Made by a program: the position numbers and the translations under genes. A stretch of DNA of 64,000 bases, from positions 11,098,001 to 11,162,000 of the forward strand of contig OX597815.1 in assembly GCA_951406725.2 (NCBI GenBank), read 5' to 3'. Below the pieces are notes generated by a model. That model did not search any database. It was not told the origin of the DNA and was given only the letters and a program-made list of their open reading frames with translations. The DNA comes from Octopus vulgaris (lineage: Eukaryota). Positions 10,668 through 23,869 of this stretch are shown here, piece after piece; the first letter of the stretch is position 1, and each line of letters starts with the position of its first letter.

Positions 10668-11940
10668 ACAACACTATGAAGGCGGAAGAAACATCACATG
10701 CACTGACGATTTTTCCAATTCTCTGCCTTCTGCCTATACTACTAATAGTAATGAAATATCCGTGTCCAGCATAGAAACGACGATAACTCAAATATGCACT
10801 GATTGAAAATCTCTCTGGTCCTTTGAGTTACCAATCTAACAGTAGTAAAACATGTTAGTTCATGTTTGTATGTATTTTGAGACTTGTTACTATGACAATA
10901 TACAAGTATAGTTTTCAGACTCATCTTTTGTGTATTTTTGTGCTTCTTTTCACTTGAATTGCTTTAATCTCCAACCTCTTTTGTTATTTTAAAATTTGCC
11001 CCACTCCAATGTTCGGTTATGGCTCATATAATCTTTCAATATGTACATTGACAACCAATACTTATGGTATTTAATAGATAAATGACAAAACTCTCTTACG
11101 AGAATATGCTAGTCTGAGAGAAATTAAACTCGAACAGAGATGCAAAGAGTAACGTATAGAATCAATTATTCTATTTCAACACACAACAGAACATCTGAAA
11201 TGGTTTAACATGAACAGGCTTTGGTATTCGACATAATATCTGTTTGACCAGGCCGTTGTTCTCATTACGAAGTTTGTAATTTTAATTAATTAGAATTTCT
11301 AGGCTCGTATATTCTGGTTCTGGGTGCTCTATACCATACAAAGAGACGGATTGGTAAAGATCAACAAGTTTTTGATCATAGATTTTTAAATTAGTGTTGA
11401 CTTTCAAGCTAGCGTACTAGATGTTGCATTGTATATCAAATACGCTAAACCCCACTTCAAGATCAAGTTTTTATACCACTAGCATTCCTGGTTAATTTTA
11501 CCCAGTCATTTTTTTCAAGTGGCCACAACACTCAGTGCCCATTCACAAACTCTATTGCAAGCGCCATTGATAAAACATAAGACTGAAAAAATAATAAAAC
11601 ATAATAAGACTGAAACATGTCAAGCGTTATCATCGTAACCGTCATGATTAAACTCACTCCCTACTTATTTGACCAGAACTAATCATTTAGAAAAAAATAT
11701 TGCCCTCCTAAATAAGCCGGTAATGTTAAATGGAATTTCTTGATTTGCTAAATTATGTATTCCAGTACCTGCTATATTATTTTGAGACAGGTGCTCCATT
11801 GGTAATTTTCTTCCCAGGTGCAAACGTGCGGAATTTTAGGTAGTAGCGATTCATTGGGTGGCGTTAAACAGTGTCGCCCGGTTTAACATAACTAGAATAA
11901 AGTGTACATCACTTCCAAAATGGTCTTAGAACCGACCTAC

Positions 11941-12060
11941 CTTTCATGTACAGTTACTGCCATTGTAGCAGTCGGGATATGTGCCTCAAGTGACGAACAC
12001 AAATGCAATATGAACATACATTATATAAGCCATGACTCACACAGTTGCTCTGTATCTAGC
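11941..12060 (-). other. Candidate 120-nt exon of an unidentified minus-strand transcript
   Basis: TTTTCAG|G acceptor and AAG|GTAGGT donor in non-repetitive DNA; no frame is open end to end, so UTR or start-containing if real. Confidence 0.3.
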
Positions 12061-12901
12061 CTGAAAACTGATAAGATACGCATAAAAACCTCACAGAAAT
12101 ACTCCTTTCTACTATAGGCAAAATCTGAAATATTATAGAGGGAAGTAGTCAATTATATCTACTCCAGCGACTCAAGTGGTACTTATTTCATCAACCCTGG
12201 AAGGATCAAAGGCTAAATAGACCTCGATGGCATTTGAACGCTGAAACCTCGCAGTAATAAAAGTGATTATTTATCTAAAAACTTAGATAATATAAAATAT
12301 GTACTATTTATAATTCCAATCGTACCCCACACCCAAAGATAGAGCCAACTTATAATAAATTCGTAAAAGATTTCTCGATTAATAAATCGCAAGTTTTCTA
12401 ATAACTGTGTATTGATATTTTCACCACAGGGACCCTCACTGGGAGACTTTTCATAGAATTTTTCACATGAAATTTTTATAGAAACTTTTCCGCAGAAAAT
12501 CACTTAATCAATAGAATTTGTTCTATATAAATTCTTATAAATTTCAATCCTTATTTACACAATGCCATAAGAATAAATGTTACTGCCAAGTTCAAGACAT
12601 TTGAAATCCGAACAGACTACATATGTGTATATAAGAAACTTTCAAATATCATATTGCCAGCCATCAGATCAACGGGAAGGAGAAACTCCGAGTAGCATCT
12701 CACACAAAGTAAAATTTGAACGAGTATAATTCCACCCTAACCAGCATTGTTCAATACTTCATTTCGTTTAGTTATATTCCAATTCGGTGAGATTCTAGTC
12801 ATTTACTCACGCGCGCACATATGCAAAAATATGTATTAATGAAATATGCGTGTGTGTGTGTGTGTGTGTTTGTGTGTGTATGTGTGTGTGTATTGGATTA
12901 C

Positions 12902-13137
12902 CTATTTCTTTAGTACCCACAAGGGACTAAAACACAGAGGAGACAAACAAGGACAGACAAACGGATTAAGTCGATTATATCGATTATACCAGTTATGCAC
13001 TGGTACTTAATTTATCGACCCCGAAAGGATGAAAGGCAAAGTCGACCTCGGCGGAATTTGAACTCAGAGCGTAACGGCAGACAAAATACGGCTATGCATT
13101 TCGCCCGGCGTGCTAACGTTTCTGCCAGCTCGTCGCC
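12902..13137 (-). mobile_element. SINE family S3 (Meta/MESC-like central domain)
   Basis: Reverse strand GTCGACTTTGCCTTTCATCCTTTCGGGGTCGATAAATTAAGTACC; tail TAAAGAAATA. Confidence 0.9.
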
Positions 13138-13204
13138 TTGGATTACCGCTCAGATTAAACTGAAAACAAGAAAATAAACACACACACGTCCGCGTGTGAG
13201 AGAT

Positions 13205-13333
13205 TTCCTCACAGTTTTCGCCCACCAGTTTTACTAAAACCATGCATCAGCCCAAGACCACAACAGAAAACATTTGTCCAAGGTGTCACGTAGTAGGACT
13301 GATCCCCAGACCATACACCCACGACTGCGCCTA
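13205..13333 (-). mobile_element. Old S1-related SINE head
   Basis: Degenerate match ending ACTGCGCCTATA. Confidence 0.55.
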
Positions 13334-13339
13334 TAAGTA

Positions 13340-13500
13340 TGTATGCAAGCGTGCATGTGCAAGACCCTGCCATAGTAATGCTGGACTCAAGAGTCACCTT
13401 CGTAGTCATAAAGCGAGACAGATGAGTGCCAACCTGGCCAATGGTCGGCTCACTTCCGCCTGTCATTAGGTACCAATCATGTAGTCTTAGAGAGTGGTAC
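13340..13500 (+). mobile_element. RTE-like LINE 3' end with terminal C2H2 finger
   Basis: CKRACARPCHSNAGLKSHLRSH resembles the C-terminal finger of RTE ORFs. Confidence 0.5.
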
Positions 13501-13801
13501 TCACGTTGTACAAGCGTTTATTAATATATCCCCATGACGTACAGCTGTCTGTATGGTGACCCTAATCGTCATTCCATCCAATGAAAGTCCTATGGCAATG
13601 AAAATGTGGCGACGTGTGGAGACTGGGCTAGTTGGAAGTGCTCAGGAAGTTACAGATTTCTAAGAAGTCATGGACGGATTGTCAGAAATGCTATTGACAA
13701 CAAAGAAGCACAAGGAATCGGCAACCATCAGTGAAGATGAGGCAATCAACATATGCAAACAGACACAGGTGCACACGCACACATGAATATATTTATGTAT
13801 G

Positions 13802-13875
<74 letters not shown>

Positions 13876-13880
<5 letters not shown>

Positions 13881-14181
13881 CAAAATGGGACAAGAACGCA
13901 AAACATCCGGACAACTAGGTGATACAAAAAGGGACAACAAAACATCCAGATAGACGATACAAAAAAAAACAAGGACGGGTCATTCGAAGCTTTCTATCCT
14001 CAGTCAAGAACCGGATCATCCTCGCAATTTCGGCTGATTAATCTTGAGATTGCTCTAATCTGGCCAGCCCCAAGGAAAAACTAAGCTAAGAGCATTAGAT
14101 TCCTTGGAAGAAAGCATCGAATGTATATGAAAACAAGGACGGAAAAACAAACGATGTTACACGAATATAAATACAAAATAC

Positions 14182-14246
<65 letters not shown>

Positions 14247-14320
14247 TAATAATAATACTAATAATAACAGGACATAATAACAGGTGTCTTTCGGCTGGGG
14301 AGGAATTGAATTCAGCTGGC

Positions 14321-14322
<2 letters not shown>
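13876..14322 (-). mobile_element. (TA)n-embedded element, longer copy of 2444-2568, with internal (TAA)n
   Basis: Shared ~100 bp core; TA tracts on both sides. Confidence 0.6.
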
Positions 14323-14363
<41 letters not shown>

Positions 14364-14452
14364 ATAGACGAAATCCAGATGTATCCGTATAAAATAAACT
14401 TCAAATTTGAGCAGGTATAGAAACAAATGTGGGGATAAGCAAGTTAGACATA

Positions 14453-14670
14453 CTCTTTCTCTCTTTACTCTTTTACTTGTTTCAGTCATTTGACTACGGC
14501 CATGCTGGAGCACCGCCTTTAGTCGAGCAAATCGATCCCGGCACTTATTCTTTGTAAGTCCAGTACTTATTCTATCGGTCTCTTTTTGCCGAACCGCTAG
14601 GTGACGGGGACGTAAACACACCAGCATCTGTTATCAAGCAAATGCTAGGGGGACAAACACAGACACACAA

Positions 14671-14735
<65 letters not shown>

Positions 14736-14898
14736 TACGACAGGCTTCTTTCAGTTTCCGTCTACCAAATCCACTCACAAGGCATTGGTCGGCCCGGGGC
14801 TATAGCAGAAGACACTTGCCCAAGATGTCACGCAGTGGGACTGAGCCCGGAACCATGTGGTTGGTTAGCAAGCTACTTACCACACAGCCACTCCTGCG
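14453..14898 (-). mobile_element. SINE family S1
   Basis: Full-length reverse copy. Confidence 0.92.
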
Positions 14899-15149
14899 AC
14901 ATACCAATAAATAAAGTATATTAAAAACATTCCATCTTTGAACTTCACTGCTTTAAGATCTCAAATGTGAGATCTCTTCCTTGAAGACAGAGGCTCGTCT
15001 CATCCTATGTTAAATCCATCCATACGGCCTTATTCTCGGATGGAATTAATCTACAAAGAGTACTATGGATCGCCTTGTAATACATTTTTTCCACTCCTTT
15101 AACTTTCTCTTTCATTTGTACTCTTTGTATGCTGGATCATTTTTTATGT

Positions 15150-15189
<40 letters not shown>

Positions 15190-15232
15190 TCATACATGTT
15201 TTTATGTATGCTTGTGTATTTGAAATAGCGAT

Positions 15233-15650
15233 GGGAAAATCTTTTCGATTTGAACGGCAGTTTTTTCTAGCGGTGTCATATGAAATTGTCACCCATAATT
15301 ATAACCCTAGAATTGATCTATTGCATTTCAATCTCTTTTAGGGTTAGGTTAGGGTATGGGAAGGGTATCTTTTTTTCTTCACAAATGTAAATAAACCCAA
15401 TCTGTTTCTTAAACGAGGGACATATTCATACGGCACATAATGCTTTTTAACTCAATAGACGTCACTGATTGGTTGAAATTGCAGAAATTGAAGAAAAAAA
15501 TAACAAATATCTTACAAACTATAGAATTTTCTCAATAAAGCCAAGAGAAAAATATGTTTTATAAACACATTCTACCAGTATACGAAGTTTTAAATTTTTT
15601 TAGTTACCTAGAAATTATGTTAAAAACCGCCGTTCAAACCGAAAAGATCC
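15233..15650 (+). mobile_element. MITE with GGATCTTTTCGGTTTGA TIR and internal TTAGGG repeats
   Basis: Right TIR CGTTCAAACCGAAAAGATCC; left TIR damaged; imperfect TSD TGAAATAG/TAAAATAG. Confidence 0.85.
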
Positions 15651-16352
15651 TAAAATAGTCTTAACCAAGAATCGAACTGGATCTCGAATAAAGCTTATGA
15701 ACCTCTCTTCAATAAAACTCCCGTTTCAGTCCCAACCCCTCTTCTCGCCTCTATTGTCTGACATCACTATAGTTTTCTATTTTATTCACCCGCTTCGTTT
15801 TTTTTTTCCTCACTCTCTTATCGCTTTGTATTTTGTCTTTCATCGCACACTTTCATTAAAAAAAAAATTAATAAATAACTTTGTTTCTGTCCTTGCAGGC
15901 TTTTATTTAATAACCAGACACTCGCATTCCATTCCCTTTTACTCTCGATCAATTTTCAGTCTATTTCTTCTCTTAAATCTCTATTTCCCCACCTTAAAAT
16001 TATGTTGACGACTGAGAAAATATCCCGCACCCTTGCTTCTCTGAAATGCTTTCATCCATATGCATAAACACATATACACATACACAGATGCGCCGTTCAA
16101 AACTTGCTAACTCAAATTCACACAAAACTTCCAAATTCCTAATTTACTCATTCTATTTTCTCAATTATAATTTCCTTTCGATTTAAAACCAAATTTTAAT
16201 GTTCTTTCTTCTTTCCTTTTTCCCCCTTTCCCCCCCCTTTTCTTGTTTTAGTCGTTAGACTGCCGCCATGCTGGGGTTCTTCCTTGAAGAATTTTTGTCG
16301 AACGAATCCACCCCAGTACTTAATGTTTTGTAATGCATAATACTTATTCTGT

Positions 16353-16585
16353 GGAGGCGCAATGACCCAGCGGCTAGAGCAGCGGACTAGTGGTCGGAGG
16401 ATCGCGGTTTCGATTTCCAGACCGGGCGTTGTGTGTGTTTATTGAGAGAAAAGATCTAAAGCTCCTCGAGTCTCCGGCAGGGGGTGGTGGCGACCCCTGT
16501 TGTACACTTTCGCCCCAACTTTCTCTCACTCTTTCTTCCTGCTTCTTGGGTAACGCTACGATGGACTGGCGTCCCGTCCAGCCGA
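16353..16585 (+). mobile_element. SINE family S2, GATGGACTGGCGTCCCGTCCAG tail type
   Basis: GGAGGCGCAATG head; runs into (CTA)n. Confidence 0.85.
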
Positions 16586-16597
16586 ACTACTACTACA

Positions 16598-16650
<53 letters not shown>

Positions 16651-16689
16651 AACTACTAAAAATAATAATAATAATAATAGTAACAATAA

Positions 16690-16803
16690 AACATTTTCAA
16701 TACAGTGAAAATAAGAGCACCACAGCAAACCTCAGCACATGCCCAAGGCACACAGAGCTGCACTCGGTAGTGCAGTGAAAGCACGTGATAATAAGACTAC
16801 TGA
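16690..16803 (+). mobile_element. R4/Dong family B 3' UTR fragment
   Basis: CCCAAGGCACACAGAGCTGC.CTCGGTAGTG.AGTGAAAGCACG. Confidence 0.8.
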
Positions 16804-16824
16804 ATAATAATAAAAGTAGTATTG

Positions 16825-16857
<33 letters not shown>

Positions 16858-16893
16858 ATAATAATAATATTAATAATAATAATAATAATAATA

Positions 16894-17441
16894 AATGCCC
16901 TGATGCAGTACCAGGCAGTGGCTCTCATGGCTTCTGATCTTAACTGATTGGAAGTGCATTGTTTTGTCTTGGTATAAATGATGGGCTACAGCAAATATTC
17001 TGCTCAATACCACAGATTTGCTTGTCAGTTGCTTGACCTTAACCAGTTGAGCATGTCCCTTAGTGTCTGACGATATGTGCATCTCTGATCATGAGCAGAA
17101 GTAGTGGGGGGAGCATCATAACCGTGTGTTGAGAGGAGTTCTTTGGGGTTTGAATAATTAAACTCTGGAAACAAGGGTGTTTCGCTCAACATCCTTAAAC
17201 AACCCTTATTCAGGGACCTTTTGAGCGGGATGGGTTACTCGACCAGAAGAAAATTCTAACTGGGCCCCACCTGCAAGGTCATGTGCTGTTTATCTTGATA
17301 TGAGATCAACATATCGCGCACATATGATTTTGATGCATGTGCCCGGTGTACCCTTAACAGACGGGTAGTCATGATGCGTATACTGGGCTTCGTATATTTT
17401 ACCCCAGTGTCACTTTGATGGCATGCACTGCTCTCTCACTC

Positions 17442-17442
<1 letters not shown>
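16894..17442 (-). mobile_element. ~550 bp non-coding (TAA)n-associated element
   Basis: Same ends as 19669-20226 (AATGCCCTGATGCAGTACCA...GCTCTCTCACTCA); TAA on both sides; strand inferred. Confidence 0.85.
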
Positions 17443-17473
<31 letters not shown>

Positions 17474-17476
17474 TAA

Positions 17477-17543
<67 letters not shown>

Positions 17544-17899
17544 GACGAAGATGACTATAAGATGTTGATGATCATAGCGGGAATAATAATAAGAATAATA
17601 ATGATAAAACATTATAAAAATATGTTTTCTGTAGCCAAGAGGCCGAAAAACACGCAGAAGAACTAACAAATGATAGAGAAAGGAATAATAAAATAAAAAT
17701 AATTGTAAAATAGTTAATAATTATAAAATAATAATAATAATAATGATAATAATAATTTAACATAAAATAATAATAATAATAAAAAAATAGACAAAATAAA
17801 ATAATAATGCCTTGATGCAGTACCAAGTGCTCTTTGTGCATAATATCAAAATCTATTGGAAGTGTTACCATGTATCTACCAGAAAGAAAATTCTGAACG

Positions 17900-18505
17900 T
17901 TATATTTTTTGCAGAATATGTAGTGATGAAGTAAATACAATAAATCATATCTTTGTCTGCCTAGTCTTGGCAGAACCTGGAAGTTCTGCCAGCAATATGG
18001 AATGCTAACAGTACAAAGATGGTATAAGCACACGCCAGAAAAATTTCCGAGAAAATGACAAAGCAACCATACTCTGGGATATGCACCGATAGAGAGATAT
18101 AGTGCTCAAGAAAAATTAAGAAAAAAAATGCCTTCTAATTGGCATATGAATCCCGAAAGATGACTGCGTATCTCTCTAAAAGAAATGAAGAAACTTTCGA
18201 TATGCAAAGAGCTGGGGCCAGGGTTAACTTGAATGTGGAACCTGAAGACATACACAATCCCTTTAATTGTAGGTGTTTTAGGTATAATCAAAGAAGCATG
18301 TAGTCAAATACATAACTAAAACCTCTGGACATACAAGTATATATGATATACAGAAAATAGCACGAATAGGTATCGCACATGTTCTTAGAGCATTTCCATT
18401 ACGGTAGAAATAACAACACTAAAACGAACCACAGCACATACCCGAAGTTCACAGAGCTGCGGTCAGTAGTTCGGTACGAACCCGCAATAAAAATAAGACC
18501 ACTAA
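17900..18505 (+). pseudogene. Older degenerate R4/Dong 3' portion
   Basis: CRIC, WYKHTPE, ATILWDM, PLIVGVLG remnants and recognisable 3' UTR. Confidence 0.75.
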
Positions 18506-18509
18506 ATAA

Positions 18510-18525
18510 TGTTAGTAGTAGTAAC

Positions 18526-18558
<33 letters not shown>

Positions 18559-18574
18559 CAGTAGTAGTATTAGT

Positions 18575-18645
<71 letters not shown>
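18510..18645. repeat. (TAG)n/(CAG)n microsatellite
   Basis: Direct reading. Confidence 0.95.
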
Positions 18646-18969
18646 AAGAGCTGTCAATGCCGAAGTGGTCAAGAGATTTGAATACTATCTGCTTAGTAAG
18701 CATGTCCCAATGACCTGCACAAAACATAGCTCTGGCAGTCAAGACTAACTTCAAGCCTTCACAGAAGAGAAGCCGTTTGGAACAAGTAGGAGAAGGGAGT
18801 GAAAGGCGAATGTCTGAGTGCCTTCAAAATAATCTCTTGCTCCTAGAGGTGGTGGACAAGGTGCACCACATATGCTATATAGACTACGCTGCATGCGCCT
18901 TTGACCTACGAATAGTCACGAAAGAAGGTGAAAAGATAGATACAACCCTCTTAAGTTCGAAATAGCCCG

Positions 18970-19219
18970 GCTAATGAAGAAGGTGAAGATAGTGCCAATT
19001 ATTGTTGGGTCCGAAGAGGAATACAAAGGAAATTGGAGTAGAGTTCCCAGTAGAACTGTTACAAAAGAGTTGACTCCTTGGAACGGACAGAATAATCAGG
19101 AAAATATTCGATTGCTGAGAAAGAAGAATGGATAGCATGGTACCGTAGGCTGCAGGTAGCAAGCCTGCTACGCATTTAGAAAATCCAGGAACTCCCCAAC
19201 AAAATCTGTGATACAGAGA

Positions 19220-19220
<1 letters not shown>
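18970..19220 (+). mobile_element. R4/Dong family C 3' end
   Basis: KVKIVPIIVG..VELLQKS*LLGTDRIIRKIFDC*, distinct 3' UTR, (AAT)n tail. Confidence 0.7.
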
Positions 19221-19278
<58 letters not shown>

Positions 19279-19352
19279 TAATAATAATGATAATAATAAT
19301 AATAATAATAATAATAATCATAATAATAATAACAATAATAATAATAATGATG

Positions 19353-19413
<61 letters not shown>

Positions 19414-19424
19414 TAATAATAATG

Positions 19425-19482
<58 letters not shown>

Positions 19483-19493
19483 TAATAATAATG

Positions 19494-19528
<35 letters not shown>

Positions 19529-19557
19529 TAATAATAATAATAACAATAATAATAATG

Positions 19558-19618
<61 letters not shown>

Positions 19619-19629
19619 TAATAATAATG

Positions 19630-19668
<39 letters not shown>
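19220..19668. repeat. (TAA)n array with periodic AAC/GAT variants
   Basis: Direct reading. Confidence 0.95.
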
Positions 19669-19671
<3 letters not shown>

Positions 19672-20226
19672 GCCCTGATGCAGTACCAGGCAGTGGCTCT
19701 CATGGCTTCTGATCTTAACTGATTGGAAGTGTTATCATGTACATTGTTTTGTCTTGGTATAAAAGATGGGCTACAGCAAATATTCTGCTCAATACCACAG
19801 ATTTGCTTGTCAGTTGTTTGACCTTAACCAGTTGAGCATGTCCCTTAGTGGCTGACGATATGTGCATCTCTGATCACGAGCAGAAGTAGTGGGGGAGCAT
19901 CATAGCCATGTGTTGAGAGGGATTGTTTGGGGTTTGAATAGTTCACCTCTGGAAACATGGGTGGTTCTTTCAACATCCTTAAACAACCCTTATTCAGGGA
20001 CCGTTTGAGCGGGATGGGCTACTCAACCTGAAGAAAATTCTAACTGGGCCCCACCTGCAAGGTCATGTGCTGTTTATCTTGATATGAGATCACCATGTCG
20101 CGCACATATGGTTGTGATGCATGTGCCTGGTGTACCTTTATCAGACGGGTAGTCATGATGGGTATATTGGGCTTCGTATATTTTACCCCAGTGTCACTTT
20201 GATGGCATGAACTGCTCTCTCACTCA
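19669..20226 (-). mobile_element. ~550 bp (TAA)n-associated element
   Basis: Full-length homolog of 16894-17442. Confidence 0.88.
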
Positions 20227-20262
20227 ATAATAATAATAATAATAATAACAATAATAATAATG

Positions 20263-20305
<43 letters not shown>

Positions 20306-20322
20306 TAATAATAATAATGATG

Positions 20323-20356
<34 letters not shown>

Positions 20357-20384
20357 TAATAATAATAACAATAATAATAATAAC

Positions 20385-20416
<32 letters not shown>

Positions 20417-20441
20417 TAATAATAACAACAATAACAACAAC

Positions 20442-20497
<56 letters not shown>

Positions 20498-20584
20498 TAA
20501 TAATAATAATAAATGCCTTGATGCAGTACCAAGTAATAGCTCTCTTGGCTTTTGATCTTAATTGATTGGAAGTGTTATCATGTA

Positions 20585-21837
20585 TTAGGTTGCTCGGAAA
20601 ATTCTGAACGTTTTTTTTTAAATGCAAAAAGGGATATAAATAATTGACCTTTCAATAACTTTTATGTAATGAAATAATTTCCCTTATCATCAATGATCTT
20701 ATCAGACAACTTAAATATTCAATCAGCTTAACATTTGACTGCTTTTGCAGAAAACAAGTTATCTAGATGCATTTTGACTCCATCCAAATCGTTAAATGCT
20801 TTACATTGCTACGAGTTCTGTAGAGACAGAAACAAGTGGTAGCCAGATGGGGCAATATCAGGAGAATATGGTAGACGGGGGTAAGAGATCCCAGCCAAGT
20901 TCATGTAACTTTGTTCGGGTAGCCAAAGACACATGTGGTCGTGCATTGTCTTTTTGGAACACTACACCTTTCCTGTTGGCAATTTCCAAACCCAGTTCTT
21001 TGAATTTTTAGTTTAAATTAGCCAGTTGACGACAGTACACATCACGATTAATGGTCTGGTTTTGTGGGAGATTACATAATAAATAATGCGTTTATGAGCC
21101 CACAAAACACAAAGCATAAGTTTTTTTAGTTGCTGTTTTGGGGGATCTTTATGCAAACTCCAGGATCTTTTTCGCACTACGTTTTCGTACACAATCCATT
21201 TTTCATCTCCAATCACAAGCTGTTTCAAAAAGAGCATGCTTTCATTTCGTTTCAGAAGCATATCACAAACAGAATACCGGGCCAAGCAATTCTTTTCTGA
21301 GTGTTTGCGAGGGACCCTTACAGTATAGCAAAAAATGTATCTTAGCTTCACTGGGTTTTCATGAACAGTACTTTTAGAAACTTCCAGCTCCTCTGCAAGT
21401 TCTCTAGTCGTGATATTTGAGTTTTCTTTGATTTTTGCCTTTAAAACATCTTCACTCAATTTTGAAGGTCTTCCACTTCGACTGTCATCTTCCAGCTTTA
21501 AACTTTGCAAACCACCTCCAAACAGGTGATTCACCTACAGCATCATCACTATAAACTTCACAAATATTTTTGCAAGCCATTGCACCATTTTCTCCTTTAT
21601 TTAACGAAAAAAAAAAGAAAAGAAATTCAACGCGAATAGGAAATGTTTGGCTATCCATTTCAAATGTCAATAAAGAGCAACTGGAATGAAAAATGAATCT
21701 ATTTTTAGTCAGGAACAAAGAAAAGATGCGCTACTACTTCAACAATAGTTTTTACAACGCCAAAGTTCTTCAGGTGTGTTCAATGAAACGTTAAAAGATT
21801 TAGCTTAAAAACACTCAGAACTTTCCGGGAAACCCAA
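20585..21837 (-). mobile_element. Near full-length mariner transposon with decayed transposase
   Basis: TA TSD; TIRs TTAGGTTGCTCGGAAAATTCTGA / TCAGAACTTTCCGGGAAACCCAA; RWFAKFK, RSGRP, GDEKW, DNARPH motifs; frameshifts. Confidence 0.92.
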
Positions 21838-21893
21838 TATATGATTTGTCTTGGTGTAAAAGATGGGCTACAGCAGTTATTCTGCTCAATACC

Positions 21894-22123
21894 TATTTCT
21901 TTACTACCCACAAGGGGCTAAACACAGAGGGGACAAACAAGGACAGACATAGGTATTAAGTCGATTACATCGACCCCAGTGCGTAACTGGTACTTAATTT
22001 ATCGACCCCGAAAGGATGAAAGGCAAAGTCGACCTCGGCGGAATTTGAACTCACAACGTAACGCAGACGAAATACCGCTAAACATTTCGCCCGGCGTGCT
22101 AACGTTTCTGCCAGCTCGCCGCC
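21894..22123 (-). mobile_element. SINE family S3 with 16-bp TSD
   Basis: TSD TATTCTGCTCAATACC at 21878-21893 and 22124-22139. Confidence 0.95.
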
Positions 22124-22506
22124 TATTCTGCTCAATACCACAGAGCTGCTTACCAGTTGCTTGACTGTCACCAGTTGAACATGTCCTTTAGTGGCTGACG
22201 ATATGTGAATCTCTGGTCACGAGCAGAAGTAGTAGGGGAAGCATCATAGCTATTGAAACATGGGTGTTTCATTCATTATGCTTAAACAAACCTGATTCAG
22301 GGACCTTTTGAGAGGGATGGTCTACTCAACGTGAAGAAATTTCTAACTGGTCCCCATCTGAAGGGTCACGTGTTGTTTATCTTGATATGAGATCACTATG
22401 TGACGCACATATGGTTGTGATAGACGTACCTGGTTAACCGTTATCAGACGAGTAGTCATGATGTGTATATTGGGCTTCGCATATTTGTACCCCAGTTTCG
22501 CACTCG

Positions 22507-22562
<56 letters not shown>

Positions 22563-22566
<4 letters not shown>

Positions 22567-22734
22567 CATATAACATACAGAAAATTGCACTACTAGGCAC
22601 TGCACACATCCTACGCAGAACACTTTCCATACAATAACCATCAGAGCATCACAACAAATCACAGCACATACCCAAGGCACACAGAGCTGCGCTCGGTAGT
22701 GAAGTGAAAGCACGCTATAAAAATAAAACTACTG
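22563..22734 (+). mobile_element. R4/Dong family B 3' fragment
   Basis: Nearly identical to 7676-7847; within TAA. Confidence 0.9.
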
Positions 22735-22744
22735 AATAATAATG

Positions 22745-22805
<61 letters not shown>

Positions 22806-22807
<2 letters not shown>

Positions 22808-23791
22808 TAAAGCAAAACAAAAAAAAACTGTTCTCAGTATTTAAGGAAGCTGACGAATACAAACAAGAAATCATACTACCTAACAAATATGAAGAAGAAG
22901 AAGGAACAACAAAAGCTATAAAACAAATGAAATCCAAACTAAAACTAGAACAGCAACGGGCCATGATAAAACGGTGGCAAGAAAAGCAAATACTGGACTA
23001 AACTAAATGCAAAAGAAATAGACAGAAAAATCCCAGCAATGTTTGAGAAGCTCAGGATTCAAAGCAGAGACAGAGGGATTTTTAATTGCAGCACAAGACC
23101 AAAGCCTCCCCACCAGAAATTACCAAAAACATGTAATGAAAAGAAATATAACAAGTAACTGCAGAATATGTGGAGATGGACAAGAAACAATAAATCATAT
23201 TATCTCTGACTGCCACGACAGAGTTGGGATCTACATACACTGGAAGCTATGTCAACACTATGGAATAACAACAGAAAAAAGATGGTATAGGCACACACCA
23301 GAAAAGGTCACATTAAACGAGAAAGCAACCATACTCTGGGATATGCCAATACACACAGATACAGAAATTAAGGCCAAAAGGCCAGATGTGGTTGTCAGAG
23401 ATCATGAAGAAAAAAAAATGCTTCCTAATTGATGTATCAATACCAGCAGATGACAACGTGTCTCTAAAAGAAATGGAGAAAGTTTCAAAATACAAGGACC
23501 TGGAAATAGAGGTAACCAGAACGTGGAATCTAAAAACAGAAACAATTCCTATCATAGTAGGTGCATTAGGCATGACAAAAAAATATTCAGACAAATACAT
23601 AACAAAAACACCAGGACTTACAAACACATATAACATACAGAAAATTGCACTACTAGGCACTGCACACATCCTACGCAAAACACGTTCAATACAGTAACCA
23701 TCAGAGCATCACAACAAATCACAACTCATACCCAAGGTACACAGAGCTGCGCTCGGTAGTGAAGTGAAAGCACGCTATGAAAATAAAACTA

Positions 23792-23794
<3 letters not shown>
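22806..23794 (+). mobile_element. R4/Dong family B, 5'-truncated, frameshifted
   Basis: ETEGFLIAAQDQ, CRIC, RPDVVV, KYKDLE; (AAT)n tail. Confidence 0.92.
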
Positions 23795-23858
<64 letters not shown>

Positions 23859-23869
23859 TTTTGGTCTAT

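Larger units (their letters stand above)
20512..22506 (-). mobile_element. Third, older ~550 bp element split by a mariner and an S3 SINE
   Basis: Pieces 20512-20584, 21840-21893 and 22140-22506 are collinear with the intact copies. Confidence 0.82.

Noticed and set aside
13242-13469. Host C2H2 zinc-finger gene
   Set aside because: Single finger without linkers, fused to SINE sequence; better explained as an RTE terminus
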